64,000 nucleotides of DNA from Candidatus Latescibacterota bacterium (GTDB lineage Bacteria; Latescibacterota; UBA2968; UBA8231). This document shows, one piece after another, positions 60,023 to 64,000 of this stretch (position 1 is the stretch's first letter; each line of letters starts with the position of its first letter). Position numbers and translations under genes: made by a program. The notes below the pieces were generated by a model that saw only the letters and a program-made list of their open reading frames with translations, made no database searches and was not told where the DNA came from. Where the stretch lies: the NCBI GenBank assembly GCA_965197905.1, contig CBDAOB010000003.1:160001-224000 (forward strand). Reading direction: 5' to 3'.

Positions 60023-62987
60023 GACGAGCGAACGCCAGTCGACGAAAAGTGCCTCGTCGCCCCAAGGGCGCGACCAGCTCAGTCCGTTGCAGGTCGACGA
60101 GCTGCGGCAGGATCTGGAGAACCGGATCGCAGGAGAGGTACGCTTCGACCCCGTCTACCGCGCCATGCATTGCACCGATGCCAGCGTTTATCAGATCATG
60201 CCGCTGGGGGTGGTGATGCCGAAGACCGCCGAAGACGTGGTGCAGGCGGTAACGTTGTGTGAAAGACACGGCGCTTCGATCACGGCGCGCGGGGGCGGAA
60301 CGTCCCAGGCCGGACAGGCGATTGGCGCCGGGCTGCAGCTCGACTTTTCGAAACACATGAATCGGGTGCTCGACCTGGACGTCGAAAAGCAGGTGGTGCG
60401 GGTAGAGCCGGGGATCGTGTTGGACGAGCTCAATGCCGAGCTCAAATCCCACGGTCTGCAGCTGCCCCTCGACCTGTCGACCTCGGACCGGGCGACGATC
60501 GGCGGCATGCTGGCCAACAACTCCTCGGGGACCCGTTCGATCGTATACGGCAAGACGATCGATTTCGTCGAGGAGCTGTCGGTGGTGCTGGCGGACGGCA
60601 GCTTGGTGCAGATGCGCCCGCTCTCGGCCAGCGAGCTCGAGGATCGTCTGACTCGGACCGATCGCGAAGGTGCCTGCTACCGCATCGTGCGCGACCTCGC
60701 CTGCGCCCACGCCGAGGAGATCGAAAGGCGCTATCCGCAGATCCTGCGCCGGGTTGGCGGCTATAACCTGGACGAGTTCGTCTCGCCGGATCGGTTCAAT
60801 CTAGCGCGGATACTGGTCGGTTCCGAGGGCACGCTCGGATTGACGGTGGCGGCAACGCTGCGATTGGCGCCGCTGCCCAAGGCGCGCGCCGTATGCACGA
60901 TCCAGTTCGACGACCTGCTCGAGGCGATGGCGGCTACCCCCGTGATTCTCGAGCACAATCCCTCGGCCGTCGAGCTCATCGACCGCTTCATCTTGCATAC
61001 GACACAGGGACGCACCGAGTTCGAGCCGTTGCGCGATTTTATCGAAGGAGATCCGGGAGCTGTGCTGATCGTCGAGTTTTTCGGCGAAGACGACACCGAG
61101 CTGCCGGCACGCATCGATGTCCTTGTGGAATCGTTGCAGGGCCGTGGTCTTGGACACCACGTGCACCGGGCAGTAGACAAACCGGCGCAGGAGCGAATCT
61201 GGTCGTTGCGCCGGGCGGCGCTGGGGTTGTCCATGTCGCAGCGCGGCGACGCCAAGTCCATTTCCTTCGTAGAAGACGCCGCGGTAGCGCCGAAACACCT
61301 GCACGATTATATCGCCAGGTTTCAAGACATCCTTCGGAAGTACGATACCGATGCCGGTTTCTACGCTCACGCGTCGGTGGGACTGTTGCACATCCGGCCC
61401 GTGGTCAATATGAAAACGGCGGAGGGCGTGGCGCGGTTCGAAGCCATCGCCAACGAGGTGGCCGACCTGGTGTCGGAATTCGGTGGGGCGCTGTCGGGTG
61501 AGCACGGGGACGGATTGGTGCGGGCACCCTTCCAGGAGAAGATGTTCGGACCGGTTCTGTACCAGGCGTTCTGTCAATTGAAAGCGACATTCGATCCGGC
61601 CGGGGTGCTGAACCCCGGCAAGATCGTAGACGCACCGCCGCTGACGGCGAACTTGAGATTCGGCGGGGCATACCGACCGCAAGAGCCGGAGACGGCGTTC
61701 GACTTTGCCGACTTCGGCGGCATGGTGGAAGCGGCGGAGCAGTGCAGTGGTGTGGGCGCCTGCCGCAAACGGCTGACCGGGACGATGTGTCCTTCCTACA
61801 TGGCAACCGGTGACGAAACCGCTTCGACCCGCGGCCGGGCCAACGCGCTGCGGCTCGCCATGACGGGGCAACTGCCGCAGACCGAGCTGACCGACGAGAC
61901 GCTCCTGCCGGTGCTCGATCTGTGCCTCGAATGCAAGGCATGCAAGAGTGAATGTCCCACCGGGGTCGACATGGCGCGACTGAAAAGCGAATTCCTGCAC
62001 CAGTACTGGGAACGGCACGGCGCCTCGCGCGGTGCCCGATGGCTGGCTCAGACCGACCGAATCGCCCACTGGGGGAGCCGGTTGGCGCCGCTATCGAACT
62101 GGCTGATCTCGAGCACCGCGGCGAAAAGCTTCAACGAGAAACGGTTGGGTTTGGATCGCAGACGGCCGCTGCCGCGATTTGCCCGGCGCACCTTCGAAGA
62201 CTGGTGGAAAAGCCAACACCGCGTCGAGCGCAAACGCGACGTCGCCGTGTTTGTCGACACGTTCTCCAATTACTACGAACCGGCGACGTTGATCGCGACC
62301 GTGCGCTTTGCAGAACGGTGGCAGAAAGAGGTCGTCATCGCGCCTCGGGTCTGTTGCGGGCGGCCGGCGATCTCGAAGGGGATGCTCGAGCAGGCAGCGC
62401 AACAGGCAGCAACTACGACGCAGGCGCTGCTGCCGCTCGCACGGCAAGGCTTGCCGATCGTTTTCTGCGAGCCCAGCTGTTACTCGGCGGTGGTTGACGA
62501 CCATCCGCACCTGCAGCGCGGCGCCGCCAAAGGCGAGGCGGAAGAGGTGGCGGGGGCCTGTGTGACGTTCGAGCAGTGGGCGGAGAGCGCCCTTAACCAA
62601 AATGGCGAGGCGCTCAACGGCATGTCCTCGGCAACGGCACGGCGCATTCTACTGCACGGGCACTGTCACCAGAAAGCGCTGGTGGGCACCGATGCCGCGG
62701 AGCAGCTACTCTCGAAGATCCCCGATTGCGAGGTGAAGGTGCTAGACAGCGGTTGCTGCGGGATGGCGGGAAGCTTCGGGTACGAGCACTACGAAATTTC
62801 GCGCGCAGTGGGCGAGCTGCGACTGCTACCCGCCGTGCGTGAGTTTGGTGCCGATGGCTGCGTAGTGGCGTCGGGGTTCTCGTGCCGGCAACAGATCGAA
62901 CATTTCACCGGGGTTGCCGCGTTGTCACCGTCGGTGCTGCTGGAGAAGGCGTACCGCGGGGCCCGCGACGCTCAAGCCGCGGAGTAG
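60015..62987 (+). CDS. FAD-binding and (Fe-S)-binding oxidoreductase (YdiJ/D-lactate-glycolate dehydrogenase-like)
   Basis: RGGGTS, GSEGTL, GEHGDG, CSGVGAC, CLECKACKSECP, CCG motifs. Confidence 0.9.
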   Translation: MVETSERQSTKSASSPQGRDQLSPLQVDELRQDLENRIAGEVRFDPVYRAMHCTDASVYQIMPLGVVMPKTAEDVVQAVTLCERHGASITARGGGTSQAGQAIGAGLQLDFSKHMNRVLDLDVEKQVVRVEPGIVLDELNAELKSHGLQLPLDLSTSDRATIGGMLANNSSGTRSIVYGKTIDFVEELSVVLADGSLVQMRPLSASELEDRLTRTDREGACYRIVRDLACAHAEEIERRYPQILRRVGGYNLDEFVSPDRFNLARILVGSEGTLGLTVAATLRLAPLPKARAVCTIQFDDLLEAMAATPVILEHNPSAVELIDRFILHTTQGRTEFEPLRDFIEGDPGAVLIVEFFGEDDTELPARIDVLVESLQGRGLGHHVHRAVDKPAQERIWSLRRAALGLSMSQRGDAKSISFVEDAAVAPKHLHDYIARFQDILRKYDTDAGFYAHASVGLLHIRPVVNMKTAEGVARFEAIANEVADLVSEFGGALSGEHGDGLVRAPFQEKMFGPVLYQAFCQLKATFDPAGVLNPGKIVDAPPLTANLRFGGAYRPQEPETAFDFADFGGMVEAAEQCSGVGACRKRLTGTMCPSYMATGDETASTRGRANALRLAMTGQLPQTELTDETLLPVLDLCLECKACKSECPTGVDMARLKSEFLHQYWERHGASRGARWLAQTDRIAHWGSRLAPLSNWLISSTAAKSFNEKRLGLDRRRPLPRFARRTFEDWWKSQHRVERKRDVAVFVDTFSNYYEPATLIATVRFAERWQKEVVIAPRVCCGRPAISKGMLEQAAQQAATTTQALLPLARQGLPIVFCEPSCYSAVVDDHPHLQRGAAKGEAEEVAGACVTFEQWAESALNQNGEALNGMSSATARRILLHGHCHQKALVGTDAAEQLLSKIPDCEVKVLDSGCCGMAGSFGYEHYEISRAVGELRLLPAVREFGADGCVVASGFSCRQQIEHFTGVAALSPSVLLEKAYRGARDAQAAE

Positions 62988-63080
62988 GGAATGAATGGAT
63001 CGAGTTGCCGTGCGCCGGCAGAGTGCCCTGCATACCGTGCGGCCACCATGTGCCCAGCCACCAAGGACATTGCCAGGCAG

Positions 63081-64000
63081 CTAGGCCAGCTTTAACAGGA
63101 CGACCTCCTGGATTCCCACTTTGGGCAGCTCGATCGTCGCTGGTTCGCCCACGACCTCCAGCGCCTTGCCATGTAGTGGCAGTGAGGCGCTCTTAACCTC
63201 AAACCCATTCACGGTGATGCCGACGTCGGGTACCGGCACGATCTCTTTTACGAACAGGCATCTCTCAAACATCTGACTGATTGCCTGGTGTTCCCGTCCA
63301 GGCTCCCACGGCATGAACGGCCAGGGATTGTTGAGCAGGTGGATGGATACCTCTTTGGGACTGAGCTTGGTGGCTGTGACCTCGATGACGCTGGGCGCCT
63401 CCACCTCGATCGGCGGTTCGGCAATGCTTGCCAGGTAGGCGAAAAACTGCTTTAGCTGGGGCAGGGGATTGCGGTCATACCCGCCTCCCACGTCGCCACA
63501 TACGTAGATCGCGCTGCCCTTGCCAAAGGTATTCACCGTGACCGCCGGCAAGCCGGAATCGTAGTCACCAAAGGCATAGAAGTTATCGAGAGGCGGTCGG
63601 CCGTCTTGGTGCTGGAGGCTGCTCTTGGTGAACAGGGTCTTTATCTGGCTGTCCGGCCTGACGGATACATCCGTCTGTTTCGCGGCAAAAGCCACGATAT
63701 AGCCAAATTGATCGCGCAGCCCTTTCTCCTGGGGCACGTAGATGTTGCCGGTGGCCGGATCAACAGCACCCGTATCCTCCTCGGGCGGCACTGGTGAACT
63801 CAGATAGTCCACACCCAGCACCTCCGCCAAGGCCAAGTTGTCTCGCCGCTGCCCAAGTTCATCGTAGAGGGAGGTCTCATACGTCGCCAGGAGAGTCCCC
63901 CCCTCGGAGACAAACCGCGCAACAGCTTCCACCTGTTCATCAGTGAGACATCTTGTATCGGAGAGCATCAGCATCTGGTAGGACGAGAGGTTGTCGTAGG
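63081..64000 (-). CDS. 3' part of a GHL6-like/beta-galactosidase-trimerisation-domain protein (start beyond window)
   Basis: LLATYETSLYDE, YVCGDVGG, IHLLNN; paralog of 961-2958. Confidence 0.75.
   Translation of the reverse strand, partial: YDNLSSYQMLMLSDTRCLTDEQVEAVARFVSEGGTLLATYETSLYDELGQRRDNLALAEVLGVDYLSSPVPPEEDTGAVDPATGNIYVPQEKGLRDQFGYIVAFAAKQTDVSVRPDSQIKTLFTKSSLQHQDGRPPLDNFYAFGDYDSGLPAVTVNTFGKGSAIYVCGDVGGGYDRNPLPQLKQFFAYLASIAEPPIEVEAPSVIEVTATKLSPKEVSIHLLNNPWPFMPWEPGREHQAISQMFERCLFVKEIVPVPDVGITVNGFEVKSASLPLHGKALEVVGEPATIELPKVGIQEVVLLKLA

Overview
GC-rich bacterial chromosomal segment dominated by catabolic genes: six PhyH-family Fe(II)/2-oxoglutarate dioxygenases, two Cys-type sulfatases, several divergent glycoside-hydrolase-like proteins, three xylose-isomerase-like TIM barrels and many oxidoreductases. 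This repertoire resembles marine Latescibacterota/Poribacteria/Gemmatimonadota-like genomes (inference only). The central feature is a complete chromosomal integron: intI at 43960-45222 (+), an attI core at about 43644-43670, and a divergently oriented cassette array of about 19 kb on the minus strand (about 24594-43650). I can trace about 14 intact or eroded attC sites by eye, and their core sites pair from cassette to cassette. Unusually, almost every cassette encodes a recognisable metabolic enzyme, several from the same families as the flanking chromosomal genes. Just downstream of intI, an IS1595-family element (22-bp IRs, 8-bp TSD, broken transposase, passenger ORFs) interrupts a serine hydrolase gene. 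Other notable items are a 987-aa uncharacterised exported protein with Ca-binding-like motifs, a tandem pair of small heptad-repeat membrane proteins, and many internally deleted or frameshifted genes. All functional calls come from motif recognition by eye, with no database searches.
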